Origin: Lachnospiraceae bacterium UBA7060
GTDB lineage: Bacteria; Bacillota; Clostridia; Lachnospirales; Lachnospiraceae
DNA length: 64,000 nucleotides
Direction: 5' to 3'
Assembly (NCBI GenBank): GCA_002493835.1
Contig: DLAA01000017.1
Span: 375 to 64,374, forward strand
Shown: one piece after another, positions 9,350-19,047 of the stretch
How the letters are laid out: every line of letters starts with the position of its first letter
Numbering within the stretch: position 1 is the stretch's first letter
Notes under the pieces: generated by a model
Seen by the model: only the letters and a program-made list of their open reading frames with translations
Told to the model about the DNA's origin: nothing
Database searches by the model: none
Translations under genes and position numbers: made by a program

Positions 9350-9416
9350 ATGCGCAGACCCGTGTAAAAGGAAATATGTTGTTATCGCCTTCGGCTTATG
9401 ATAACTGATACTAAAT

Positions 9417-9460
9417 TCAAAAGCATACTATTGACTTTCGGGAAAAGACAGTGGTATACT
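9417..9460 (+). promoter_or_regulatory. marR promoter with overlapping palindromic operator
   Basis: Imperfect palindrome TCAAAAGCATACTATTGA (9417-9434) overlaps the -35 TTGACT; extended -10 TGGTATACT. Confidence 0.6.
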
Positions 9461-9482
9461 AATGCATGAGGAGGTATGTGGA

Positions 9483-9908
9483 ATGGGGAAAGATTCTACT
9501 TGCGGTATGCTCATCAAACAGATTAACAGTACACTAGAGAAAAATGCGAATAATTCTTTGCGGGAGCAGGATTTAACTTTTGCCCAAGTATCAGCGCTAT
9601 TGACAATCCGGGATTTTCCGGAACAGAAAATACCCTTGAAAGAGTTAGAAAAATTACTTCATATAGCGCAGTCCACGACCGCCGGGATTATTAACCGATT
9701 AGAACAAAAAGGACTTGTTGAGAGCTTTGGGGATAGTGTTGATAAGAGGATAAAGCTTGTAAAACTAACATCATTAGGAGAGAAATATTGCCAAAGAGCG
9801 GAGCAAAACATGAAAGAAGCGGAAGAAAATCTTTTATCGGGATTGACGGAAACGGAAAAAAGTATTTTTAACACGCTGCTAAAAAAAGTCAAAGAAACGT
9901 TAAAATAG
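9483..9908 (+). CDS. MarR-family transcriptional regulator
   Basis: LTFAQ...IAQSTTAGIINRLEQKGLV...DKRIKLVKLT winged HTH; RBS GAGGAGG. Confidence 0.92.
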   Translation: MGKDSTCGMLIKQINSTLEKNANNSLREQDLTFAQVSALLTIRDFPEQKIPLKELEKLLHIAQSTTAGIINRLEQKGLVESFGDSVDKRIKLVKLTSLGEKYCQRAEQNMKEAEENLLSGLTETEKSIFNTLLKKVKETLK

Positions 9909-9944
9909 TGTCCGTTCATTAGAGCGGACATAAAAAAACATATA

Positions 9945-9962
9945 TCAAAAGCATGCTTTCAA
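9945..9962 (+). promoter_or_regulatory. Second copy of the putative MarR operator, upstream of MATE
   Basis: TCAAAAGCATGCTTTCAA, with perfect core palindrome AAAGCATGCTTT, matches the 9417-9434 site. Confidence 0.6.
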
Positions 9963-9991
9963 TACTATACTATTAAAAACGAGGTGATTTT

Positions 9992-11365
9992 ATGAAAAAA
10001 GAAAATGCGTTAAGTTCATTTAACACAATGTCAGTTCCGCAGGCAGTCGTTAGAAATGTTATTCCTGCTATGGTGGCCATGCTCATGGTATTGGTTTATA
10101 ATCTGGCAGACACTTTTTTTATCGGACAAACACACAATGCCTATCAAGTTGCTGCCGTGTCATTAGCGACACCCGTATTCTTAATCTTTATGTCGGTAGG
10201 AACTATTTTTGGAATTGGCGGGACATCTGTTATTTCAAGAGCCATAGGGGAGGGAAAAGAAGAATATGCAAAAAGGGTATGTTCTTTCTGTATGTGGTCA
10301 TGTGTCGTTATTGGTATCGCATTATCACTTATTTTTTTGATTTTTATGGACAATCTTCTTGCATTGATAGGGGCAAGTGCAGAAACATGGAATTTTACAC
10401 GAAGCTATTTAACGATTGTTTCTTATTGTGGGCCATTTGCACTTATTTCTAATTGCTATTCTAATATTTTGCGGGCAGAAGGACAGGCAACAAAAGCTAT
10501 GATCGGGCAGGTGGTGGGAAACTTGCTTAACATCATTCTTGACCCTATTATGATTTTAGGTTTTGGGTGGAATATAACGGGTGCTGCTATTGCAACAGTT
10601 ATTGGAAATGCAGCCGCTTCCGGTTACTATATATTTTATTTCATAAGCGGAAAATCGCTGCTTAGTGTCAAAATAAAGGATTTCTCTTTAAAAGACAAAA
10701 TATGCAGCAGTGTTTTAATCATTGGTGTTCCGGCTTCTCTAGGTTCTATCCTTATGAGCATTTCTCAAATTATTATGAATGGAATGATGGCAGGGTATGG
10801 TGATATGGCGCTTGCAGGAATCGGCGTTGCTATGAAAGTCACAATGATGACGGGAATGCTTGCTATGGGTATTGGCCAGGGTGTACAGCCGCTGTTAGGA
10901 TATTGTGTTGGAGCAAAAAAATGGGAAAGATATAAAAGAATTTTACGGTTTTCCTTATGGTTTGCCTTTATCCTTGGACTTGCGACAACAGCCCTTTGTT
11001 ATCTGTTTTCCAATCAGATTATCAGTGTTTTCTTGACAGAGAAAAGTGCTTTTGATTACGCGCTTGATTTTGCAGGAATTTTATTGGTGACAAGTTCGCT
11101 GTTTGGCGTATTTTATGTTTTAATTAACGCTTTACAGGCTATGGGAGCGGCAACAGCTTCTTTGATTATCAATTTAAGCCGGCAAGGGATAATTTACATA
11201 CCGGCGTTGTTTATCTTGAATAAAATACTTGGCGTTACCGGACTTGTATGGGCGCAGCCTGTTGCGGATATTTTATCAATCAGCATTGCAGTTGGGCTAT
11301 ATGCTGTCACGTTCAAAAAAATCGCTATATCCGGATGCGCAGGCAATTATCGCCATGGAAACTGA
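9992..11365 (+). CDS. MATE-family efflux transporter (MepA-like)
   Basis: YNLADTFFIG, LRAEGQA, NIILDPIMI and GAAIATVIG motifs; about 12 hydrophobic segments. Confidence 0.92.
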   Translation: MKKENALSSFNTMSVPQAVVRNVIPAMVAMLMVLVYNLADTFFIGQTHNAYQVAAVSLATPVFLIFMSVGTIFGIGGTSVISRAIGEGKEEYAKRVCSFCMWSCVVIGIALSLIFLIFMDNLLALIGASAETWNFTRSYLTIVSYCGPFALISNCYSNILRAEGQATKAMIGQVVGNLLNIILDPIMILGFGWNITGAAIATVIGNAAASGYYIFYFISGKSLLSVKIKDFSLKDKICSSVLIIGVPASLGSILMSISQIIMNGMMAGYGDMALAGIGVAMKVTMMTGMLAMGIGQGVQPLLGYCVGAKKWERYKRILRFSLWFAFILGLATTALCYLFSNQIISVFLTEKSAFDYALDFAGILLVTSSLFGVFYVLINALQAMGAATASLIINLSRQGIIYIPALFILNKILGVTGLVWAQPVADILSISIAVGLYAVTFKKIAISGCAGNYRHGN

Positions 11366-11495
11366 AAAAGTGCAATTTTTTCCCAAAAATCTACTATTTT
11401 TATTTCTAATCCCCGAATTTATAATAAAATAAGAGAAATCATACTTTTCACGGGAATTTGTGTCAGGGAAGGCATAGTGCTACGGGGGACAGAAG

Positions 11496-13034
11496 ATGTT
11501 GAGGATTCTTTTGGTAGATGATGAGAAGACGGAACGGGACGGCATTCGTTTCTTGATTGATAAATTTGACTTGCCGCTCAAGGTGGCGGAAGCATCCAAT
11601 GGAAAGAACGCTCTGGCATATATAAAAGAGCATCCGGTGGATATCCTGCTTACAGACGTAAAGATGCCGTATATGGACGGACTGGAGCTGGCACGGGCGG
11701 CGAATGCGTATAACAGCAGGATTGTAATTATTATTTTCAGTGCCTACGGGGAATTTGAGTATGCCAGACAAGCATGTGAGGTCAATGCGGTGAATTATCT
11801 TTTAAAACCCATTGAAGTGGACGAATTCCGCAGCGTGATGGAAAAGGTAATCAATATTTGTATGGAAAAAAGAGAGTGGGAGGAGAAGAAAGAGTCTTTA
11901 CTGGTGGCGGATAAAAGCCTGCTGCTTTTTAAGCTGATGAATCCGAAAGTGTCATGCGAAGAGATCGGAAAGAGCCTGGAAACGTATGGGCTGCATTTAC
12001 AGAATAAACATATGGTGGTGTTCAGCATAGAAACGGAAGAAAACTATTTTGAACACAGTTATGAAGAGTTTTTAAAGATTTTAGAAAGGGATATACCGAT
12101 AAGCTACGAATATGTGAACCGATACCCTAATCTGGCAAATATTCTTGTCTACAGTGCGGACAGGCTGGAACGGGAAACAATAGAGAAGGCGGCGGGGAAA
12201 ATTTATCGGGATGTGGCGGGAGGCGGGGCGCGCGTATCCATGATTGTGGGCGAGAGGTGCTTCGGATGGAAGGATTTTGGAAAAAATGTGCAGGAAATAG
12301 AGAGACTGCGCGAGGATACCTTTAGTTATTTCTCCGGAATTATTTACGCCGACAGAGTGCACAGGGAGAAGGAGGAACGGCTGACACAGACAGAGCTAAT
12401 GAAGCAGAAGGTTTTAAAAAGTATATCGGACAGGAATCTGCCTGCGGTCAGGGAGCAGATGGCGGGTTACTTGGCGTGTCTGAAAGACGAGAAATCTTCC
12501 AGTGCTATGTATGCCAAATATACATTTTTGGATATTGTAAAAGCGATGTATGAGGAGTATGGAATTTATCAAAAGGCCATCCTCTTTGAAACGACAGAAG
12601 AGATCATGCGCTGCAGCGAGCTGGATGAAGTGGAGGAGGCTTTCTGCCGCGTGATGGAGAAGGCGGATTCCATTGGGCAGGAACAGACGGCAGATATCAG
12701 TCAGACTGTTGCAAACATTATCCGTATCGTGAAAAATGAGTATATGGAAGATTTAAGTTTGGAAGGGATTGCCGAAAAGGTATGTCTGACACCCGCTTAT
12801 GTGAGCTATATTTTTAAACAGGAAACAGGGAGCAGCCTGATCAAATATCTGACGGACTACAGAATGCAGCAGGCGAAAACGCTTTTGGAGCAGGGGAAAT
12901 TGAAAATCGTAAACGTGGGAAAAGCATGCGGATATCCGAACCAGTCTTATTTTAATCGGTTGTTTAAAAATCATTTTGGAATCACGCCGAAGCAGTACAG
13001 AGAACAGGCAAAAGGGCAGACGACGGAGGGATAG
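11496..13034 (+). CDS. Two-component response regulator (YesN-like, REC + AraC HTH)
   Basis: LLVDDE, LTDVKMPYMDGLEL, YLLKP; C-terminal AraC GYPNQSYFNRLFK. Confidence 0.93.
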   Translation: MLRILLVDDEKTERDGIRFLIDKFDLPLKVAEASNGKNALAYIKEHPVDILLTDVKMPYMDGLELARAANAYNSRIVIIIFSAYGEFEYARQACEVNAVNYLLKPIEVDEFRSVMEKVINICMEKREWEEKKESLLVADKSLLLFKLMNPKVSCEEIGKSLETYGLHLQNKHMVVFSIETEENYFEHSYEEFLKILERDIPISYEYVNRYPNLANILVYSADRLERETIEKAAGKIYRDVAGGGARVSMIVGERCFGWKDFGKNVQEIERLREDTFSYFSGIIYADRVHREKEERLTQTELMKQKVLKSISDRNLPAVREQMAGYLACLKDEKSSSAMYAKYTFLDIVKAMYEEYGIYQKAILFETTEEIMRCSELDEVEEAFCRVMEKADSIGQEQTADISQTVANIIRIVKNEYMEDLSLEGIAEKVCLTPAYVSYIFKQETGSSLIKYLTDYRMQQAKTLLEQGKLKIVNVGKACGYPNQSYFNRLFKNHFGITPKQYREQAKGQTTEG

Positions 13035-13035
13035 A

Positions 13036-14763
13036 TTGAAAAAGATGAGTATGATACGCAGGTTCTGGCAGTGGTTTACGGGGAAGGCATCCATACGGAC
13101 AAAGCTGATTATCAGCTTTGCGGTATTGGTTTCCATCCCTATTTTTATTTTGGGGTTTTATGCTTATCATGTGTCGAGGAGAAATTTAATGGAGCAGACA
13201 CAAAAAACCATGGATAATAATCTGGAAAGGCTTTTGATGGAAATGGACAGCCGGTTTGGCCGGGAGACAGATTTTACAAAATTTCTTGCCTATAATCTGT
13301 CCTTTCGGGAAACATTGGAGAAAAATCCCTTTGATAACGTGGAAATCGCCCAGACCTTAAATAAAACGGTGGAGCCTATTTTCTGGTATTTCATCAGCAG
13401 TGATTCCAACATAAAAAGTATCAGAATCGTGACGCCTTATGTGAAAGATAATGTGGGATCTTTTTTGGAGCCTTCTGACGCTTATGAGAAGGAGGCATGG
13501 TATCAGGAGCATCAGACGGATTTTCGAACGAAATGGACCGTGGAGGGAAATGCGTTGTATGGCACAAGGACGGTGCTTGACACGGCGACAACCAGCCGGC
13601 CTATCGGTGTGATGCGGACAGAATTTTTTTTAAATCGTATGCTGGAACCGGTGCGCAGTATGGATTATCTGGGGAACGGTATTTTGCTTACCGATGAAGA
13701 AGGGACGGTCATCTACTGGAAAAAATCGTCTGATCAGGATATAAATGATCAGGTGTTTAATATGGCAAAATGCGGGGAAGAAACAGTTCCGGGATGCATT
13801 GTGGCCAAAGGCGTTTTGGAGAGTACCGGATGGAACTTGTATTATTATGTAGAACAGAGAATGATTGCCGGACAAGTTAATTCCATTATTACATCTACCT
13901 TGGTAGCGGTATTCTGCTGTATGCTGGTGGTTCTGGTTTTTATCAGCTTTATTTCAAAAACACTGAGCAGAAGACTGCTTTCTTTGAAGGAGCAGGCAGA
14001 GATGATTTCTGGAGGGAATCTGGAGCATCCGTGCTATACGGAGGATACGGATGAAATCGGTATTGTGACAAACAGTTTGGGCAGGATGACGGAACGTCTG
14101 AATGAAACGATCAACCAGGTATATAAAATCGAGATAGAAAAGAAGGCTACGGAATTGAATGCGCTGCAGGCGATGATCAATCCGCATTTTCTTTATAATA
14201 CCCTGTCTTCCATCAAATGGAAGGCGCTAAAAAAGGGGGAAGATGAAATCAGTGATATCACGGGACTGCTTGCAAAGTTTTACCGCACCACATTAAACAA
14301 CGGGAAGCAGATGACCACTGTGGAACGGGAGCTGGAGAATATCCGGGCTTATGTGGAAATACTCCGGATGACGCGGGAAAAAAGATTCCATGTAGAATAC
14401 AAGATCGATGAAGGCGGTCTTGGCTGTGAAATGCTGAATTTCCTGTTACAGCCTATTGTGGAAAATGCGATAGAGCATGGAATTGATTATGTTGAGGATG
14501 AGGGGCAGGAAGGAATTGTTGTGATTGAATTTCGAAAGGAAGACGAGTGGCTTATCTTTTCGATCAGCAACAATGGTCCAGTGATGGATGTGGAGCTTTT
14601 AAAAGATATTTTGGAAAGACCGGGAAAAGGATATGGCATTTATAATATCCAGCAGCGGATCGCGATTTATTATGGGGCAGAATGCGGGCTCTCAGCGCGG
14701 ATCACAGAGGAAGGGTATACTTGCTTTACAGTGAAAATACACGAAAATGGAACAGGTTTCTAA
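13036..14763 (+). CDS. Sensor histidine kinase (YesM-like, HAMP + His_kinase)
   Basis: Two TM segments, HAMP DEIG, LQAMINPHFLYNTL H-box, LLQPIVENAIEHG. Confidence 0.93.
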   Translation: MKKMSMIRRFWQWFTGKASIRTKLIISFAVLVSIPIFILGFYAYHVSRRNLMEQTQKTMDNNLERLLMEMDSRFGRETDFTKFLAYNLSFRETLEKNPFDNVEIAQTLNKTVEPIFWYFISSDSNIKSIRIVTPYVKDNVGSFLEPSDAYEKEAWYQEHQTDFRTKWTVEGNALYGTRTVLDTATTSRPIGVMRTEFFLNRMLEPVRSMDYLGNGILLTDEEGTVIYWKKSSDQDINDQVFNMAKCGEETVPGCIVAKGVLESTGWNLYYYVEQRMIAGQVNSIITSTLVAVFCCMLVVLVFISFISKTLSRRLLSLKEQAEMISGGNLEHPCYTEDTDEIGIVTNSLGRMTERLNETINQVYKIEIEKKATELNALQAMINPHFLYNTLSSIKWKALKKGEDEISDITGLLAKFYRTTLNNGKQMTTVERELENIRAYVEILRMTREKRFHVEYKIDEGGLGCEMLNFLLQPIVENAIEHGIDYVEDEGQEGIVVIEFRKEDEWLIFSISNNGPVMDVELLKDILERPGKGYGIYNIQQRIAIYYGAECGLSARITEEGYTCFTVKIHENGTGF

Positions 14764-14848
14764 AGAATGTATTATATAAAGGCCGGTGGAAAAACCGTAC
14801 AATAAATATAACAAAAGTTTGCAAATAAAAGAGGGAGGAGATCGTGAA

Positions 14849-16192
14849 ATGAAAAGAAAACTGTTGAGCGCATTGATGTGTACGGCTATGTTGGCAACGG
14901 CGCTGACCGGGTGCGGCGGCGGAGAAAACACCACGGCTGGTGGAGAAAGTGTGCAGGAGGCGGGTACATCGGGTGGAGAAGCTGAAGCAGCCACGGAAAG
15001 TGCGGAGGAGAGTACGGAGACTGGCAGTGCGGAAGGAAAGACAGTTGTCCGTATGACTTACTGGAACAGTGAGGATACGGTGGCAGCTATGTTGGATTAT
15101 CTGGCGGAGGCGGTGCCGGATGTGGAAATTGAATATCTGTTTGTAGATAATTCCAATTATGATACGATTGTGGATACGCAGCTTTCGGCAGGGGAAGGCC
15201 CGGATATTATTTGCGAGTCACCGGGGTCCGCGCTGAAACATGCAAGGCTTGGCTATCTGGCGCCGCTTGACGATTTGGCGGCGAAATATTCGGATGCAGG
15301 CACCAGCGTATATTCCTACGATGGAAGCGTGTATGCACTCCCTGGCATCAGCTGGTTTGAAGGTATTTTTTTCAATAAGAGATTGTTTGAAGAAAATAAC
15401 ATTGAACTGCCGAAAACCTTTGATGAGTATATTGCAGTGTGCAAGAGCTTCCAGGATTTGGGGATTACTCCTCTGGCAGCAGGATTAAAGTCGTGGGAGC
15501 CGATGTTGAAAAATTCCATGGCGTTCGTGGCGGCAGAGTATCTTTCTACCGAGGAAGGTAAGAATTTTGGCAGCGATTACAGGGAAGGCAAGGTGACATT
15601 GGATGGCACATGGAATCCCTATCTGGAAAAATGGTCGCAAATGATATACGAGGGAATTTATACTACGGATATGACAGGCGTTGACCATGACCAGGCTTTG
15701 GAACAGTTCGCTATGGAAGATGCGGCAATGTTCTGTTCCGGTCCCTGGGATCTGGATGCGATTATGGCAAAGAATCCGGATCTGCAGATCGACATGATGC
15801 CATTTTATGGACTGAATGAGAGTGCTGGCTGGTTGATCGGAGGCCCCGGATGCGGGTTTGCGGTAAATGAGAATTCTGCGAATAAGGATGCGGCAATGAA
15901 AGTGGTCGCGGCGATTTCCACGATTGAAGGGCAGACGGCTCTGTGGGAGAACAACCAGGGCGGTTCCTCCTACCTGGAAGGGGCATCTTTCGACTTGCCG
16001 GAAGCGTATAACAGCGCAGCGACAGCTTTGGCGGCAGGAAATGTATACTGTCCTTGGAATGAATGGGGAACAGCGGCGCCCGCCCATGAAGAATACGGAA
16101 CCCAGATGCAGAGTTATCTGTTAGGGACGCAGGATTTGTCCACTACACTTCAAAACGTGGATGCGGCTGTGGCAGAACTGCTGTCAAAATAG
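14849..16192 (+). CDS. Carbohydrate ABC transporter substrate-binding lipoprotein
   Basis: Lipobox ALTGC; acidic linker; SBP family-1 motifs (GEGPDI, YALP, PKTFDE). Confidence 0.92.
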   Translation: MKRKLLSALMCTAMLATALTGCGGGENTTAGGESVQEAGTSGGEAEAATESAEESTETGSAEGKTVVRMTYWNSEDTVAAMLDYLAEAVPDVEIEYLFVDNSNYDTIVDTQLSAGEGPDIICESPGSALKHARLGYLAPLDDLAAKYSDAGTSVYSYDGSVYALPGISWFEGIFFNKRLFEENNIELPKTFDEYIAVCKSFQDLGITPLAAGLKSWEPMLKNSMAFVAAEYLSTEEGKNFGSDYREGKVTLDGTWNPYLEKWSQMIYEGIYTTDMTGVDHDQALEQFAMEDAAMFCSGPWDLDAIMAKNPDLQIDMMPFYGLNESAGWLIGGPGCGFAVNENSANKDAAMKVVAAISTIEGQTALWENNQGGSSYLEGASFDLPEAYNSAATALAAGNVYCPWNEWGTAAPAHEEYGTQMQSYLLGTQDLSTTLQNVDAAVAELLSK

Positions 16193-16222
16193 TGGTTTCC
16201 GGGCGGACTGCCTCGTGTTTAT

Positions 16223-16265
16223 CAAAAGTGCCTCAAATGAAAAGAAAAATTTGGGGCACTTTTTG
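16223..16265 (+). terminator. Stem-loop after the SBP gene (terminator or mRNA stabiliser)
   Basis: CAAAAGTGCCTCAAAT...ATTTGGGGCACTTTTTG inverted repeat. Confidence 0.65.
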
Positions 16266-16315
16266 TATAGAAGAAAGTCGGTATTTAGTTTACAAGAAAT
16301 CGTAAAGGAGACAAA

Positions 16316-17221
16316 ATGAAAAAAACAAGTGTCAAAAAAAGGGAAGCGGGTACACTGGGGCGGTATTTCCTGGTGTTTATTTTGCCGGCGCTTTTGATTT
16401 ATGTATTATTCAGCATTATACCGTTTTTATATACCGTGTTCTACAGTTTCACGGATTATACGGATATGAATCCGGTGAATCTGCATTTTGTCGGATTGAG
16501 TAATTATCTGAAAGTGTTTGATACGCCGCTTATGACGACGGCAATTAAGAATTCGGTGATCTATGCGATATTGCTGACTTCTTTTCAGACCATTCTGGCT
16601 TTGCCGCTGGCAGTGGTTTTGGATAAGAAGTTAAAGACAAGAAACCTCCTCCGTGCTGTTTACTTTTTCCCGGCGGTGTTCAGTTCGCTGATTATTGGGT
16701 ATTTATGGAATTTTATTATGTCCTCTTCGGATTATGGGTTGGTGAACAATCTGCTTCACCGGATGGGGTTTGGCACATTTAACTTTTTTACAGCGGATAG
16801 GGCCCTGTTTTCCGTGATTCTCACGCAAGTGTGGCAGTGGACAGGATGGGCTATGGTCATCTATCTTGCCAATTTGCAGAGTATCTCGAAGGACTTGTAT
16901 GAGGCGGCGGATATTGACGGGACAAGCGGCATACAGAAATTCTTTTATATTACGCTTCCGCTGATGTGCCCTTCGGTGAAAATCATTGTGGTGACGGGAT
17001 TGATCGGAGGAATGAAGGTGTTTGATATTATTTATTCCATGACTTCCGGCGGCCCGGGCAATGCGACGGAAACGGTCATGACAGTGATGATGAAAAAGGG
17101 TATTTCAGACGGGTTTTATTCTACCGGTGCAGCATTTGGCGTATGTTTCTTTGCGATCGTTCTGATGATCAGCGCACTGGTAACAAAATTGATGGGGAAA
17201 TGGAGTGAAGCGATATCATGA
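16316..17221 (+). CDS. Sugar ABC transporter permease
   Basis: EAA loop LYEAADIDG; FVGLSNY; TM pattern. Confidence 0.93.
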   Translation: MKKTSVKKREAGTLGRYFLVFILPALLIYVLFSIIPFLYTVFYSFTDYTDMNPVNLHFVGLSNYLKVFDTPLMTTAIKNSVIYAILLTSFQTILALPLAVVLDKKLKTRNLLRAVYFFPAVFSSLIIGYLWNFIMSSSDYGLVNNLLHRMGFGTFNFFTADRALFSVILTQVWQWTGWAMVIYLANLQSISKDLYEAADIDGTSGIQKFFYITLPLMCPSVKIIVVTGLIGGMKVFDIIYSMTSGGPGNATETVMTVMMKKGISDGFYSTGAAFGVCFFAIVLMISALVTKLMGKWSEAIS

Positions 17222-18048
17222 TAAAACGGAAAAGAAATTTAGCGATAACGGAAATTGTGATGATTCTATTGGCGGTTATTTGGTTTATTCCCATTTATTA
17301 TCTGATCGTAACCACATTTAAAAGCCCGCAGGATGCCACGGCAAGTCCTTTGGCGCTGCCGAAAGTATTTTTGATAGAAAACTATGTGACAGCGTGGAAA
17401 AATATGCAGTTTCCGAGGGCCTTTGGAAACACTCTGTTTATCACGGCGACTGCAGTTTTTTGTATTGTGATATTTGCATCTATGGCGGGATACGCCCTGG
17501 CCAGGACGAAGACAAAATGGGGTATGCGGTTTTTTCTTTTTTTCCTTGCGGGACTGATCGTTCCTTTCCAGATGAATATCGTCAGTCTTTACAAAATTGT
17601 GAAAAGCTTTCACCTGATGAACAGCGCGTTTGCGGTTATTCTTGTCAATGTGGCAATCAATACGCCGCAGGGGGTGTTCTTGTTTAAGGAATTTATTGAG
17701 TCTACGATCCCCAGGGAATTGGAGGAGGCTGCTGAGATCGACGGCTGTTCGGTGATAAGAAAGTTTTTTACAATCGTTTTGCCGCTCTTAAAACCTGTCA
17801 TTTCCACTGTGGTAATTATTGTGACATTGAATGTCTGGAATGAATTTATGACACCTTTGCTGTTTTTGCAAAGCCGTGAGAGAGATGTGATTTTGCAGGA
17901 AGTTTCCCGGAACATCGGCCAGTTTTCTACTGACTGGACGGCATTGTTTCCGATGTTGATGCTGGGCGTTGCGCCTTTGATGATATTCTATGTATTTATG
18001 CAGAAATATATTATTGCCGGTGTGGCCGCGGGTGCCGTAAAAGGGTAA
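17218..18048 (+). CDS. Sugar ABC transporter permease
   Basis: ELEEAAEIDG, WNEFMTPL and a GAVKG terminus. Confidence 0.93.
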   Translation: MIKRKRNLAITEIVMILLAVIWFIPIYYLIVTTFKSPQDATASPLALPKVFLIENYVTAWKNMQFPRAFGNTLFITATAVFCIVIFASMAGYALARTKTKWGMRFFLFFLAGLIVPFQMNIVSLYKIVKSFHLMNSAFAVILVNVAINTPQGVFLFKEFIESTIPRELEEAAEIDGCSVIRKFFTIVLPLLKPVISTVVIIVTLNVWNEFMTPLLFLQSRERDVILQEVSRNIGQFSTDWTALFPMLMLGVAPLMIFYVFMQKYIIAGVAAGAVKG

Positions 18049-18088
18049 AAGAGTAAAAGAGTAAAACGTAAATACGTAAAAAAGTAAG
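18037..18088 (+). repeat. Degenerate ~8-bp tandem repeat (GTAAAAnn x7)
   Basis: GTAA starts at 18037, 18045, 18053, 18061, 18068, 18076 and 18084. Confidence 0.7.
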
Positions 18089-18114
18089 CGGCGGAAGAGG
18101 CGCAGGAGATTGAG

Positions 18115-18999
18115 ATGGAGATAAGACAAATAACGGAAGATTATGGAAGTATTATGGTGCTGGTACCGCACCAGGACGATGAGATCCTGTTGTGTGCCGG
18201 GATCATGGAACAGGCGGTAAGATGCGGGGTGGAGCTGACAGTGGTGATGGCGACCAACGGAGATTATGGCAGCGAGGACGGTTTGGCAGGGAGGGCGAGA
18301 CTTCAGGAGATGCTGGAAGGGCTGAAAGTGCTCGGTGTCCCGGAGGACAGCGCGGTATTTTTGGGATATGCAGATACGGGGATGCCAAAGGAGGACAGCT
18401 TCCTGTATGGACTGTATGAGGAAAAGGACGGGAAAAAAGTACATCCTTCCCACTGCGGGATGAGAACTTATGGGCTGCCCAGGAAGGCGGAGTTTCATAA
18501 GCAAGAGTACGGAGAACACGGATGGTATACGAGAGACGGGTTTATGAGTGATCTGAAAGATGTTTTGCTCAAATACCGTCCGGCGCATATTTTTACAACT
18601 TCGGTGGAAGATACCCACGGCGATCACAGCGGGTTGTTTCTGTTTGTGCAGGATATATTGGCGGAGTGCGGCAAGGAAGGATACTGTCCTAGGCTTTACA
18701 GTGGTATTGTTCATTCCAAGGCCGGGGATGAAAAATGGCCAAAACGGGAAAGCGGGATTGCCGCTCTGGAATCGCCGGACCAGATAGAAGAGGGTGTGCT
18801 TGGCAGTCTTTTGTGGGAGGAGCGGATTGTTTTTCCGGTGTCGGATTCCATGCGGACGCAGGACCTTAAGAGAAACCGGAAAGCGGTGGCATTGTCAAAA
18901 CATGTGACTGCCTTAAAACCGGATGCGGTGGATTTTTTGTATGCGTTTGTGAAGGCGGATGAAGTATTTTGGGAAATACCGCTGAGAGCGCCTTTATGA
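18115..18999 (+). CDS. PIG-L/LmbE-family N-acetyl deacetylase
   Basis: VPHQDDE zinc motif, TNGD, FLGYAD, HGDH. Confidence 0.9.
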   Translation: MEIRQITEDYGSIMVLVPHQDDEILLCAGIMEQAVRCGVELTVVMATNGDYGSEDGLAGRARLQEMLEGLKVLGVPEDSAVFLGYADTGMPKEDSFLYGLYEEKDGKKVHPSHCGMRTYGLPRKAEFHKQEYGEHGWYTRDGFMSDLKDVLLKYRPAHIFTTSVEDTHGDHSGLFLFVQDILAECGKEGYCPRLYSGIVHSKAGDEKWPKRESGIAALESPDQIEEGVLGSLLWEERIVFPVSDSMRTQDLKRNRKAVALSKHVTALKPDAVDFLYAFVKADEVFWEIPLRAPL

Positions 19000-19047
19000 A
19001 TGGCGCGGACTGAATTGTTACATACCGCGAAAGGAACGAGGTGAATC

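Noticed and set aside
9381-9405. Small hairpin GTTATC-GCCTTCGGC-TTAT-GATAAC with a UUCG loop
   Set aside because: It is too short and occurs once in the window, so it cannot be distinguished from chance or a repeat remnant.
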